64,000 bases of DNA from Camelus dromedarius. Lineage: Eukaryota. The stretch spans positions 106,146,001-106,210,000 of the forward strand of contig NC_087436.1 in assembly GCF_036321535.1 (NCBI RefSeq), given 5' to 3'. The translations under genes were made by a program, and so were the position numbers. The number at the start of each line of letters is the position of its first letter. The first letter of the stretch is position 1. Shown here piece after piece: positions 12,263 to 25,073 of the stretch. The notes beneath the pieces were generated by a model. The model searched no databases and was not told where the DNA came from. It was given only the letters and a program-made list of their open reading frames with translations.

Positions 12263-13959
12263 ATGGCACCGTGGAGATACAGAGACTGAGGACGGGAGGC
12301 TCAGCTCAAAGCTGTCAGTCTCTGGGTATTGCTCCTGGCCTGGTGACCCTGTGGAATAACCCCCAGCTGTGGGCTATAAGTGATGTAGAAGAGGCAGTGA
12401 ACCATCTCAGCATGAGGGGAGATGCATTTCGCTGGCATGGCTGTGTTTGTGTTGCTTGTTGGAATTTTAAAACATGGTCTCATCTAGAAAAAGAAGCCCC
12501 GGCTCTCTCCTCACAACCAAGGATTCTGAGCTTTTGCTTCTGCACCGGGTGCCAGCTTGACTCCACTCCTGCCTGACTCAACTTCGTTCTCCTCTGCGGG
12601 GAGCTCAGCTCACTTCCAACGCCTGTTTAAATCAGATTATTTGCCTTTTCTTTTCATCAAGCGCTGACGTTACAGAGAGGAAAGAAAGAAACATGCGAGG
12701 AAGGTAGTTGTCTATTGTGCTAAGGATGCAATATAGAGATGCTCATTTGGAAAATGGGAATTATTTGGTTCAAACAAGACTTTCATTTTGCTGTAAATAA
12801 ACCAGCTTAAGGTGAAATGACTGAGGAAAGAGAGGGCAGGGCAGTGGAAATCCAGCCTGCTTGAAAATGTGTTTATTTAAATGAACAGTTACGGTGTTTC
12901 TAGTCTGATGTGGGAAGGAGAACTTCTCGTTGGTTTGGGAAAAGCTCCCTATGGGCTGTTCATCTTAAACACAGCCTAACGGAGAGCTACTTAATGAGAG
13001 CGGTACGGATCTCAAATTCAATTTGGCTTCTAACTGGCTAACGTGTGTCTTTAACTTTGATCTGTAAGTAGGAGTCAGGAGCGTGATTGGCTAATGTTTG
13101 ACTTCCACTGGGCCTAATGAGATTTTATGAATATCAATATTGCTAGAGCATCATAATGTATTTGCTGGCTTTTTGTGGCAGTGAAAAAAATATTGCTGTC
13201 TATTAGTCAAATAACTTGGTTCCATAACCCCACAGTAATTATTCCGATTTCCCTTCGGTGAGAGTGGGACAACCGTTCCTTAATTTTGGGGGAGGTCAGC
13301 ACATTTTTTTAATTGATGCTTAACTCGACCACATCTAATGTCAGTCAACTGCTGCTAATAGGCTCTATGATAACACAAAAGTGCTGATAATTTTAAATGT
13401 CGCTGGTGAACCCCAACAGGGCTACGTATTCAGGACTGCTCTGTGAGGGTTCATTAGTCATTCAGCAGCGGTACCAAATTTATGTTGTTAAATTCATTTC
13501 AGCCATTGAAACTTGACAACTAATTTTGGATAAGAATGATTGGAATTGATAAACTCTCTTATTTTTGGAAGTGGCTGTTTTTCAAAACAAATCTTTTATC
13601 TAGGATGGCACATAATTTAGTGGAAACATACACAAATCGGCACTGCTGTTGATCATGAGGGCGGGGGAAGCATTCAAATCATTAGATCCTTTATTTTTCA
13701 GGAAGAAATAAAGACTATGGTAGGAAGGCCGTGATGCTCATCGAAACCAATACACATACAGTGATAGTTTATATACTAATATTTTTTTTTGGAAAGGGAG
13801 ATGGAAAAAAATAAACTTGGTGTTTGTTTTCCACAAATCTATTACTTGTAGATGGAAACAAAACACATGGACATTCCTGGCATGGTCGAAAACTCCAGTA
13901 AGGAGGATATAAGGAAAGTCTGTTCCATGAATGCCTTCTCCTATAGGACTGACTCTACG

Positions 13960-14135
13960 TAGCTATCTTGTTTAATCTAAGAACGCTGTGAGGTAGGTAA
14001 CATTAACCTCATTTTACAGCTAAGGAAATAGCTTTGGTGAGCTTGAATCACTTGCTCAAGACCGATTGTTACAAGATGTCTGAGCTGGGATTCATTCCCA
14101 GGTGGGCCTGACTCCAAAGGCCACTTCTCTGCATT
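13960..14135 (-). mobile_element. MIR SINE
   Basis: TGTGAGGTAGGTA...CTCATTTTACAGCTAAGGAAA...CACTTGCTCAAG...GAGCTGGGATTC...CCTGACTCCAAAG. Confidence 0.8.
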
Positions 14136-16464
14136 AAAGTGGACGCTCACGAGCGAAGGGGTCATCTCATTTTTGGTCACCTCTGCGTCTCCCAGTGTCC
14201 TATGCAGTGGCTGGTACTCAGTGACACGAGAGTTCCCTGCCCATCTCTTCCCTGACCTCCAAATTTACCATCAGAACCTCTGCAAACTGCCTCTTTCCCT
14301 TCTCTGCTCCTTTGTATTTTACTCCCAGCTAAACCAAAACCCCCTTGCAGTGCTGACTTACAACCTGCTAGCTGTCTGGCCTCTGTTCTCCTACCTAGTC
14401 CTCTTATGGTATCTGTAACCCATGAATGAAAAAGATTTTGTCAGTTCCACTTGCCAGGTGAAGAGAATGGTTCGGGGGAGTTAAGTGGCTTCCCATAGGC
14501 ACACATCTCCTGTGGGATGGACCTGGTATCAGATTCCAATTGTGCTCTGCTTCAAAGCCTGGGCTCCTTTGGCATGGAAACTGAGTTGGGTCTTGTGTTG
14601 AGGTGGACACTCTAGGTGGGAGCAGGCTAGAATTAGAAAGTGCGAGTGAAAGCTCAGAAGTGTGAGAGCACGCGGCTGGTCCTGAGAAGAGGGACCACTG
14701 AATAAAGTCATCGGGATTCTGGTGTTTTAGATTTGTTTGCCAAGGGAGGATCTGAGCCATTTAACAATGCTGTGTTCTTCCTTCCTGACCATCGCAACCC
14801 TCGGTGATGCTCTTGCTTGTTTAGGACCAGCCTGCAGGACTTGGGAACCATTTGGTTGGAGGGTAGCTCTAGCTCTTTGACAACCTCCTTTTCTGATCAC
14901 TCATCCTACAGCCAGCAGTGGCCTCCCTCACGTTTTGAGGGATCCATACCCACACCTTTCCTCTTACTGCCTTCCTCCAGGCATGGAAGGAGATTTGGCT
15001 CAGTCCCCACTCCGAGTGTTCACTCCAAAGGCACAGCGAGGTGCACTGGTTAACACATCTCCGCTGCCTCACACCCCATCTTCCGCAGTTACTCCTCCCA
15101 GAGAACACCTGGTTTTTGACATTAGGACGAAGAACATTTGACAAAGCCAGAGATTCTCAAAAGCCCATTCCTGATGAAATGGTTTTGCTCTTTCTCCTCT
15201 CGTGCTGTTGTTTAAGTTTCAGGTTTCCGTCTGGGGAGCCTCTTGAAGTCAAGAAATTAGACCGCAAACAGTGTCACCGCTGAGCTCCCGTGACAAAGTG
15301 GTATAATATGAAAGTCCAGTAGCAGCAAGCTTGTCAAGTGTTTATTTTAGATCGTGCAACAAAGGAAAATCCTTAGGTGCTCAAGTCTTGCACTGCTAGA
15401 CGGAGGGAAGCAAGAGAGCCTGGATTTTCCAAATGTTCTCATTGGACAAAGGTCTGTGTTGGCCGTTTTGTTCAGGCTGAAAGTTTCCCACCTTCTTCTC
15501 TCCACCCCATTTCTTCCCTATTGTCATGAGAATCAGAGGTCTTGACTGTTGCTCAGTCAACCCGTCGTCTGCTCAGGTCTCAGGAATAAAGAAACAAGGC
15601 TGGCTCTGAGCACAGTTTTGGCTCCTCCCCCTCCTTTCCAATGCCTCCACCCCGCCTGTGTCTTGAAATCCAATGAAAGGCGTATCTTAGCTTAGACAGT
15701 TTTCTATGCTCACAGAGTTCCTCCGTTGCTATTCTTCTGTGCTTCGGGTAGCGTTGTGGTGACCTCTTTCTGCCCTTTATTCAATCAGCTCAGTATTTTA
15801 TTAACATGAAGAGTTTGTTTTGTTCAGCAGAGAGTGGAGAATCGGGTGCATGCTTCTGTATTAGATCGTTTACAAAAATACTAAAGAAAGCCAAACTAAG
15901 CGTAGCCTCTGGGACTCTCTCTTGCTGCTTTCTCTCTTATTTTTAAGCCAATCACTTGACACAGGTTAGGTATATAGTATATGCTCAATAAATTTCTTGT
16001 TGATTCATTGATGCTTTTTCCTTGTCAGGCCAGTTCCCACAATCCCAGGATGTCTCAGTGTTTTAATGGCCCTGGATTCGAAATATTGTCAGAAGTTTTA
16101 CTGAGGCTAAATAAGCCATGTGAATTTGTTCCTCCCAGTTGCCTTCTCAGGGAAGTTCCATGATCAAAGAGACCTGAATTCATTTCTCCTACCTCAGTCC
16201 TATTCCTGCTCTCCCATTGATTTTGTTGTCTTCAGTGTTCACTGATCTGAAAACTTTGATTCTAAGTTTGCAGGTCTCAGAATGCAATGAAGTGATTTGT
16301 CTTTCCAGGGTCTGGAAGCCAGCCTCTGTAGCCTTCTGCCAACTCTGCATTGCTCTGGCTACTGGTAGCAAAGTTCGAGCATTTGCCCAGGAGGTCCCCA
16401 ACTTTATCCTTGACTCAACGTGTTTATACATTGCAGCTATTTTCTGGCAATGTAAGGTGTATCG

Positions 16465-16845
16465 TCGATGCTCATTTGTGCAAATATTAAGTCACAGGGA
16501 TTGTTCTAGATGCAAAGAGCATGGGTCACCATGTTGGGGAACTTACATTCTAGTAGAAGATAGGACATTCAATAAGTGAACAAGCAAACACATTTAAAAA
16601 TGAGAATTTCAGATTGTGGTGAGGGCTGTGAAGCCAATAACTAAGGTGAGGTGATAGAGACATGGGGTGAGGCAGGGAGCAAGAGGCTGGCTGGAGAGCA
16701 CCTCCTCTTTGAGAGATGACGTTGGACTGGATAGGGCACGATGAGGAGGCAGACAGGTGGTGATCCTGAGGAAGGAAGTTCTTGACAGAGGAGCCCTAGG
16801 TACGAGGACCTGAGGTGGGATCAGCGTGGTGCTTTACTGAGAGTT
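16465..16845 (-). mobile_element. L2 LINE fragment
   Basis: GGAACTTACATTCTAGTAG...AATTTCAGATTGTGGTGAGGGCTGTGAAG...GACCTGAGGTGGGA. Confidence 0.7.
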
Positions 16846-16914
16846 GCTGGGTGAATTCCGAGTGGACACCAGTTCCAATCATCATATTGGATGTGAATAT
16901 TTCTACATAATAGT

Positions 16915-17230
16915 TTTAACAATAACTATAGTTTATGAATCACCAAGTAACATGCTAGATGCTCTACATCCACCAGCACTAGTTGCTGAAATGTAAGCCA
17001 GATGAAGGCCCGGATATTTGTCTGTTTTGTTCCATGATGTATCTCACATTCACATAGAAAGTGCTCAATAAATATTTGTGATCTAAATAAGTACTTCTTG
17101 CATCCCTATGGCAGACGTAGCACCCCATCTCGTTTAGATGAGAAGACTAAGGCCCAAAGGCATGAAGAAGAGCTGGGACTTGAGCCTGAGGCTGTCAGAC
17201 TCGAAAACTGATGCATTTCCCACTGTGTCC
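16915..17230 (-). mobile_element. MIR (minus strand) interrupted by an L2 3' tail (plus strand, about 16985-17090)
   Basis: MIR reverse core TTTAGATGAGAAGACTAAGGCCCA...GAGCTGGGACTTGAGCC; internal L2 tail AATGTAAGC...TTTGTCTGTTTTGTTC...GTGCTCAATAAATATTTGT. Confidence 0.6.
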
Positions 17231-17654
17231 ACCTCCAATGCTTGTTCTAGTGCATCTGACCCAGCTGCTTCCAAACTCTAGTCTTGTCAGCATCCCTCTG
17301 AGTCAAGACTGAGACTAGGAGTTAATTTGGCTGTTCTGCTCACCCCTGTTCATTAGGAAGTGGTCCTTCGACAGCCCAGTCATCATACGGTCCCACTGAT
17401 TTCCAAGCTAACTCGCTGCCTTTGATACGGGCTCAGATCTTTTCAAACACCAGACCTCGAACTCTGACTGTCAAAGCTTGCCCTCCAAGAGGTTTTCCAT
17501 AAACCACAAAATCAGAGCACAGTTTACACACTCACATTTGGGCAAATGTAAAAAGAGAGGAAGGGAAGCACCGTGAATTAAATACCTGCTATGTGACTCA
17601 TTTGCGATTTTGTATTTTATGTACAGAACCTAATTTGACAATGAGTAATTACTA

Positions 17655-17850
17655 TAATAGAATGGTGATGAGAATTGCCTTGAAGTTTGTGTAGATCTGG
17701 ATTAAATTCTGGGCTGTAGCACTTAGAAGCTGTATGACTTTGGAAAAGTTACTTAATCTCATGTTCCTCAGTTTGTTAGTTATAACAAAGGTCTGATGTT
17801 ACCCATTCAGCCTTCTTGTGAAGATTAATAAGATAACATGAAAGCCAGCC
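17655..17850 (+). mobile_element. MIR SINE
   Basis: CACTTAGAAGCTGTATGACTTTGGAAAAGTTACTTAATCTC...CCTCAGTTT...TTGTGAAGATTAA. Confidence 0.85.
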
Positions 17851-17889
17851 CAAAGCCAGCATCCAGTGACTGTATCTTATAATAAATTG

Positions 17890-18051
17890 CTGTACTTTAT
17901 TGAGTCTAAGATACCGTATATTAAGTACCATCGTCATTATATACTACTAAGAAAAGATGCTATCAATTTAACTATCAGGCAGTATCAATTGTAGGATACA
18001 CTCTGGTATCAGAGATGGGGAAAATGTGCATCTTGGAACGGATGAGATATG
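17890..18051 (-). mobile_element. MER104-like TcMar-Tc2 MITE
   Basis: Degenerate terminal inverted repeats CTGTACTTTATTGAGTCTAAGAT ... ATCTTGGAACGGATGAGATATG; internal ACTAAGAAAAGATGCT, AATTTAACTAT, TCAGAGATG and AAAATGTGCATCTT match MER104 as I recall it. Confidence 0.75.
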
Positions 18052-18466
18052 TGTATGTTATAGGTTGCGTAATCCACTAATAATGACAATATGTTAACAA
18101 ATTACTGAAGCAATTAAGGCAAATCATGGACTACTGTTTGTCAAGTGCTTTAAGAATTGAGTACCAGCACCTTTCTTTACAGCCTCTCTCAATTATTCAT
18201 GACCTTCAAAATCAAAAAGATTTTTCTTCTATCAAGTCAAGCTGTCCGACCACAAATTCAGCCAGATTCTCCTTGTTTATTCCACTTTGCAGACAATAAA
18301 CAAGTGGTCAGAGTCCCCAGAACACTCATCCATCTGCTTGTTAACTTACAACTTAAAAATGCTTTTCTTTCAATCTAATTACAGTATAATTCTCTACATC
18401 TGCAAAACATCTCACCAATGTAATGTGGATGAATTCAAGGAATTAAGGGATTTAAAAAGTTTGCTA

Positions 18467-19635
18467 TTCATTCATTAATTCATTGATCCAACACATATTA
18501 TGGAGAGCATAACATGTGTGTGGTCTTTTTAAAATATTGGAAATAGGATTGTGAACTAGACAAGGTGCCTGCTCTTATGTAACTGGGGGGGAGACAGGTA
18601 ATACACAAGTAACAGAGAGATGCTATTTCAGATGTGGTGAAGTTCATTACACAAATAAAGCTGGATAACGACATAGAAAGTGACTGATGCTGAGGCTCCG
18701 GTAGGTAGAAGAGCAGGGAGATGTCTTTGGAGATGTTGCTGTTGCATGGAGACCTGAATGATGGGGGTGGGGGAGAATATTCTGGTCAGAGGCAGCTAAG
18801 GCAAGGACCTCTTCAAATAGAAATGGGCTTGGACTATTTACAAAACAGAAAGAAGTGGAGAGTGTAAATGTTGGGGGAGCAGGGGAATGAAAGTGGGGAG
18901 ATAGGCAGGGGCGAGATCATGGTGGTCATTGACAAGGTCATGGTGAAGAGATAGGAATTTATTCTAAATGTAGGAAGAAACCAGTGGAGAAGGGCCGGTC
19001 ATTAAACTAGGGAGAGATAAGATCTGATCTGCTTTTAATTTTTTTTTTTTTTAATTCCGTGGCTGCATAGTAGAGAGAGAACTGTGGGGTGGAGGACGGG
19101 CAGGAATTGAAGCAGGAAGATGCCACAGAGATCCAGGCTAAATCTCAAATGACAGGGATGAAAATGGAGACATGTGGTCAGATCAGGACAGATTTGGGAG
19201 GCTGAGGTTTTGGGGTGTGGATTTGGGACCGGGAGGAAAGAGGAAAATCAAAACTGACTCTTAGGCTTTGGAACTGAGCCACAGAATGGATGGTCGTGCC
19301 ACTTACTGATGTAGGAAAGAGCCTGGAGGAGCACATGCTGGGAGCCATCTGAGGTCAGGTTGCCACTCTGCTGTCTATTAGTCATTCAAATACAGGGGGG
19401 GATAGGAGGCAGGTATGTGAGACAGGAGTTCAGAGGGAAAAGTCACTGCTGAAGGTATACACTTAGGATTTTATTTAAAGCTCAGGTGAGATTTTCTAGG
19501 AGAGAAAGGAGATAGCGTTGAGAAGATGTTTAGAGGAAGAGGAGAAGGAGCCCATGGCGGGTGTTGCTATGAGAAGATAATGTGCTTTGCAGATCAGTTA
19601 AGAGGAGAAAAATTAACACAGGATTAAAGACATTG
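18467..19635 (-). mobile_element. L2 LINE, about 1.2-kb 3' portion
   Basis: TTCATTCATT tail, GAGACCTGAATGATG, GGAATTTATTCTAAATGTAGG, GAGGAAAATCAAAACTGACTCTTAGG, GGATGGTCGTGCCACTTACTGA, GGAGTTCAGAGGGA. Confidence 0.85.
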
Positions 19636-19743
19636 AGGGCTGGATCACAACTGCAGAGAAATGGACCCACTTCAGATTGGGGTCTGGTAGAGAGAGACTT
19701 TTCCTGGGAACAATACTGATGAAGATCAAAGAAGCAGCTACCT

Positions 19744-19884
19744 TTCATTTTACAGAAACTGAGACACAGAAAGGTTAAGTGTCTTGGCCAAGGTAACACA
19801 GCTAAGAAGGGACAGAGCTGGGGTTTAAACTTAAAGATCTTGGCTTCAGCATTTGGATTCTTAACCACCGTACTACACTGCCTC
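19744..19884 (-). mobile_element. MIR SINE
   Basis: CATTTTACAGAAACTGAGACACAGAAAGGTTAAGTG...CCAAGGTAACACAGCTA...CTTAACCACCGTACTACACTGCCTC. Confidence 0.9.
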
Positions 19885-20734
19885 TAGGCAGGATCCTCAA
19901 AGAGTTTACAATACATGAATTAAAAAAAAAAAAAAGAATGTTCTGTATCGAAGGAGCAGTTGGATGGGTGCTGCGGGATTGGCTTAGTGAAAAGATATTT
20001 TGGTCGGCTCCACCGTTTGGGTGACAGTGCCGTTTTGAAAGAGGCCAGAAACAGTCATAATGAAAATAAATGTTGTTTGGGACGGAGAGAGCAAGCAGAG
20101 TTTATTTTCTCCCTTTCCTTTTCAGGTAGTTTTGAGCAATAAAGGCCACCAACCACTATTCATATCTGATTAAACGAAAGTTAAAAAAGAAAAAAAAAAG
20201 GCAGAGAAAAGACTGCAAGAGCAAGTGGCAAGCTTAATCTTTGGTATTTAGAATGATGAAGAGAAGCAATATGTGAAATCCACTTAAAATATGATTTCGT
20301 GTTCTAATATACATTTTGAATTTATGGGGAACTGACTTCTGCCATTTATTCAGAGAGCCAAAAAAATGCATATGCTATGCTGCCGAACTTATCACACCAT
20401 AATGGGACACCTAGCATTTTTCACAAGTGATTGATCTTCCCCACCCCTGAACAGTCCTTTCCTAACTGTTACAAAAAATGGAATACATTTCAAGCTTATC
20501 TTGAGTTGAATTGCACAGAAAGCCAAAAAGCCACTAACACTTGCCCGCTTTTGTAAGAAAAAAAAAAATAGACATGGGGTGTGGGAGAGTGTCTCCACTT
20601 TACGAAAAAGGAAGAAAATTTCAACTGGGAGAAACACCCTGGGGGCAGATATGTTAATTGGAATATTCCCCACTAAGGTTAAATAGAACTTAAACACTGT
20701 TTGAAGCTTATGTTATATATCCCAAAATACATAC

Positions 20735-20860
20735 TGAACCAGGAGGGAAAGAAACTGGGTTTTGTTTCCAGCTGTGTCGTTGATTTGAACAGGTTGTTTA
20801 ACCTGTCTGTGGAGCTCAGTTTATCCATCTTCAAAATGAGAAAAACAGCGTTTGCCTATA
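20735..20860 (+). mobile_element. MIR remnant
   Basis: CTGGGTTTTGTTTCCAGCT...TTTAACCTGTCTGTGGAGCTCAGTTTATCCATCTTCAAAATGAG. Confidence 0.65.
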
Positions 20861-22259
20861 CCCAACAGAACCTGAGAGCCAGGCTTCATATTCAAAGCTC
20901 AGGGTCCTGTTTAAATTTGAGCTTTAAGGTGAGTGGATCTTCTTTCCAAAAAATATTCGGAATTCTGAGAACAGAAAGAGAAACAACTGAATGTAGGGGT
21001 CTAAAAAGTCCTTATTTCACAAACCATCCAAATACACAGATCTTACAACTAGCTCCCTTCTTGGAGCACTTGTGGAACTTGTAACTGGCACCTCTCCACT
21101 AGGCTCACCCACTCATGATGCTTTGCCGAAAAGTTTCCAGTTTTTTCTTGAGAAGTCTCGGGTTCTGGGAGCTCGCTCTGTTTGGGTCAGACCTGGGTGA
21201 CTGGTCACCTTAGTTTCCCCTGAGCCCTGGGTCACACTTGCCTTGATGTCTGTGTGTTTGCAACTAGACTGCGATCTTCACGGAGGCACAGGAAGTGAGA
21301 TATACTGATTTACATGTCCTCTTGTATTTTTGACAGTGATTCTTGGGTCTGTAGTATGTCCTTTTTGTAAATTCTTCATTGATTGATTTGTTTCCCAAAT
21401 ACACCCTAAAATCTTTAGCCTCTGCCTTCTGCAAAATATTTTGCCAGGCAATTTCACATCATCACACTTAATACAGGAGTCCATTGTTGTTGGCAGTGAA
21501 CCGTCCTACCTCAAGGAAAATAATCTGGGATCCAAAGAAGAGAGTGATTCACACAAGGCCATCCAGCTTGTCAGAGGCTGACATCAGACTAGTACCCAGA
21601 TCTTCACTGGGCAAAGCGCAGACTTTTTCACTACATTGTGCTGGAACACACTTTTGCCCCTCACATGATGGGTGGAATCTGATACATGTCTCAAGACTTA
21701 GCAAAGACTTCCAAGGGGTTTTCCTTCATGCCCTCACCTGTCAGAATCTCCCTTTTATTTGGGTCAACATCGTTCTTTTTTTTTGCATTAGGACTTAATC
21801 TTACCCTGCCTTTCATAATATTGATTTTCATATTTATGTCTTGATTTATATTACTTGGGTGATGGTGTGCTTTGTGAGGACAGAGATTAGAGTCACTCAT
21901 TTTTGAATTCCCAGCTCCCAAGTGCCTACTTCCTCATCATTCACTCATTCATTCAAGGTTTGATGACTGTGTTTTGATGATTGTGAAGGGAGAGGGACAT
22001 GCATGTCACTTGGTTTGATGTCAGTAAGAAAATGTGATACTAGAAACAGAGAAGATGTTCTTTAATCGGGTTGGCTGACCATGTATTTTCAGTTTAATTC
22101 AAATGCCAGACCACCTAGACTTGCAGGAGATGCTTCCTGTAGCATTCCCCCCAGGTTTTCTGGCAATTTTTAAAGCCCTAGCCTTCAGACAATGAAAATG
22201 TTCAGATTCTGTGAATATTAGAAGAAAATCATTTGCTTGATTAGTTTCCTTGATGTGCG

Positions 22260-22505
22260 TTTTTTGACATCTGTGGTGTGTGGGGTGCCATGTCCAGGTC
22301 CTGTGGGGACTTTGAAGGGTGAGAACTGCAGCCTCTGCCCTCAGGAAGCTGTTGGTCCAGCTAGAGAGCCAGGACAGACATATGCATCACTGTGGGAGAA
22401 TTCAGCTTGTGAGTCTGCAGGATGATGGGAAACACAGCATGCAGGCGGTGATGCTGGACAGCGTCCTAGAGGAGGTGGGATTCAAACTGGGCCTTGAAGT
22501 TTGAC
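22260..22505 (-). mobile_element. L2 remnant
   Basis: CTCTGCCCTCAGGAAGCT...CGTCCTAGAGGAGGTGGGATTCAAACTGGGCCTTGAAG. Confidence 0.55.
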
Positions 22506-22815
22506 GAAAATTAAAAATAACTGGTGGTTATCAATCTCAAGTGTCTTAATGGGAAAGGTGGCTCCTGAGTTTGGGTTTGTGGGTTCCTTTTCTTCGTCCC
22601 CATGGTCCTTGATATTTCTTTATGAGAAGATCTGGCTTTTCTGTCCTGTACTCACTTCTCCCTTCCTTCCCTTCCAAGTATATGTGTTCCCTACTATTCT
22701 CCCCAACCCCACGCCTAAACTCATTGGTCACTTGGAGGAGTCTGTTTTTGCTTGGCAGAGAATATTCCTCTTTAGGGCCAATGGCCCAGTTTGATTTCAG
22801 TTTGATTTGCTCGTA

Positions 22816-22948
22816 TTGTTTGTTTTTTATGAGAGGGAGGTAATTAGGTTTATTCATTGATTTCTGCTTGGAGGAGGTGCTGGAGATTGAACCCAGGACC
22901 TCTTGCGTGCTTAGCATTCGCTCTACCACTCGAGCCACACCCTTCCCC
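22816..22948 (-). mobile_element. Vic-1-type SINE (camelid)
   Basis: Reverse complement reads GGGGAAGGGTGTGGCTCGAGTGGTAGAGCGAATGCTAAGCACGCAAGAGGTCCTGGGTTCAATCTCCAGCACCTCC...AAACCTAATTACCTCCC plus an A-rich tail. Confidence 0.9.
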
Positions 22949-24841
22949 GTATTTGATCTGACTTCCAGACTTATAGGCATAGAAACCCTGTAGTCGAGCC
23001 CATAAAAATCAGATTGCACCACTTCATCCATCAACAGAGTCACCATCAGCCCCTGTTAACATGGCACAGGAAATAATATCATTAGGTTTTCATGTGAATG
23101 AAGAACATGGGGAAATGTTTACAGCATTTGATGAAATTTTTATGGACTAAGCAGTGATTGACACGTTAATAAACAGCAGAAAAAATATTTTGGCTTGCTT
23201 TCTAGTTATCCTCGTATTTCCTATTGGAAACCTGTTGTCAACTGATGTATGTCTTCCATGCCCAGTGTACACGTCTGCTGATAATTGCTATTTATAGTTC
23301 ATTTATAAAGAAATCCTGGGGGAACATTGGAACACCAGTCTGCACCATCTAGTTTCATTTTTATTCAGATCAAATCTTCCTGTTGCAGAAGGGAGGAGAG
23401 GGGCTAATGCTTGTTTTTTTTCTTTTTGTTTTTCAAAGCATAACCCTTTTTTTTTTTTTTTGAGATAGTATCAAAATTATTTTATTTCTGAGTGCTGGGA
23501 GCCTGGCAAAAATAATTGAATTGTCAGTGTTTGGTGCAAATTCTAATATCCATTGACTAGGTTATTTTTGGTTTACCAGTGTTCCATGTGACTGTATAAA
23601 CAGAGCAATTGTACAATTGGTGTCCTCAGAGAACACTCTGTGCTCCTCTTCCGTACCTTCTCCACGTCTGAGTTCGTTTTGCTTCCTGTATCCAAAGTGT
23701 CTCTCTGAAATCAGAGGTCAGTGCTATTATTACTATTGCTAACAATAGCTCATGTCCACAGCAGGGAAGAACAATTAGCAAATTCATGAATTGTGTTTGT
23801 TTACATGTCTGAGCTCAAGGCTAATTATTTAATTAATGTCTTCTGTCTTGAACGGAAGTGTTAGCACATGCAAGTGTTACTGAGTGGCAAACAAGGTGGG
23901 ATTTGAGAAACTCCAACTTAACTTGTGATATGTAAATAGACATTTATTCATTGAAGACCTAGCGTTAGCTTAGGAGTGCTTTCATCTCAACAGTTCAGTT
24001 TGGGAATGCTTGATAAAGAGTTAATGAATGAACTTAGCTAATGCCTATTGCAGTCATTGGAAAGTACTTCATAGCTATATACAACAACAATAATAATAAC
24101 AAATGGCAAACTATTGAAATATTTCAACAAAGGCTCCATCACATTTCATGCTGTAGTATTGGATGAAAGTAGCTGCAGATTATTCTCATCCTCAAAGCCC
24201 CAACTCTGTCTCTGATTCTGTTGTGTGCTCCCATAACTCCTTATTTGTATTTTTCAAATAGTGGTACACTTTGCCTTGTGTGAAAAGCTGCCCTCCCTCT
24301 CTGTGGGTGTTGACTTACATCTTGGTCTCCCTTGATCACTGACTGTGTTGCACACGTTTCAGGGGCTCCATAAATGTTTGCATGAATGGAAGGCTGATTT
24401 TCAGAGTTTCATTGATTTTAATACCAGTCAAGGAAAGAGTCTGCCCTTAGAGCTGCTTGTTTTTAAATATGTAAGTACAGATGGAAAAGTGGGACAGTTA
24501 CCAGGCCTTTGTACTTAAGAAAAGGCTTCTTTTAAAATTTACCTTTATGTTTTGAATGGACGTAGCTTAAAAAGAAGAAAGAAAAACCACGAAGTAGCCA
24601 GCAGTTCCCTCCGTTGAGCAATGCTTTTCTTCTACGGTTTCCTCAACAAAAGACCAATCTGGCATCAAGCCCTGCATTTCCCCACCCTCTGCCTTATTGT
24701 TTAAACAAATGAACGAGGCGCTTCCTGAGACCACAAACTCTGAGTTTGATTATTCCAACCACTCTTCAATGATGTGTTTTTACCTACGCCTGTGGCACTT
24801 CGCTGGGTGTTCTTTTAGCAGAGACATATATGGAGATGCTA

Positions 24842-25064
24842 CAGTGTCAGAGTTGAGAGTGTGACCTCTGGAACCACAAAGTCTTGCGTTCATTCTTTAG
24901 CCCCATAGTGTATGGGCCGTGTTACTAAACACTCTGTGCCTTTGTCTTCCCATCTGCAAGACAGGGGTAGTGACAGAACCTATTCGTGCGGTTATCGTGG
25001 TGAATAAATGAATTAACACACCTGATTAAAATTAAAAGCTTGGAACTGTGCTTGGCACAAAAAT
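24842..25064 (+). mobile_element. MIR SINE, with 3' end interrupted by L1
   Basis: CTCTGTGCCTTTGTCTTCCCATCTGCAAGACAGGG...TAAATGAATTAA...AACTGTGCTTGGCACA. Confidence 0.8.
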
Positions 25065-25073
25065 ATGTGCATT

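Noticed and set aside
22546..23046. 166-aa minus-strand ORF
   Set aside because: It reads through the Vic-1 SINE (GVARVVERMLSTQEVLGSISSTS is translated SINE sequence).
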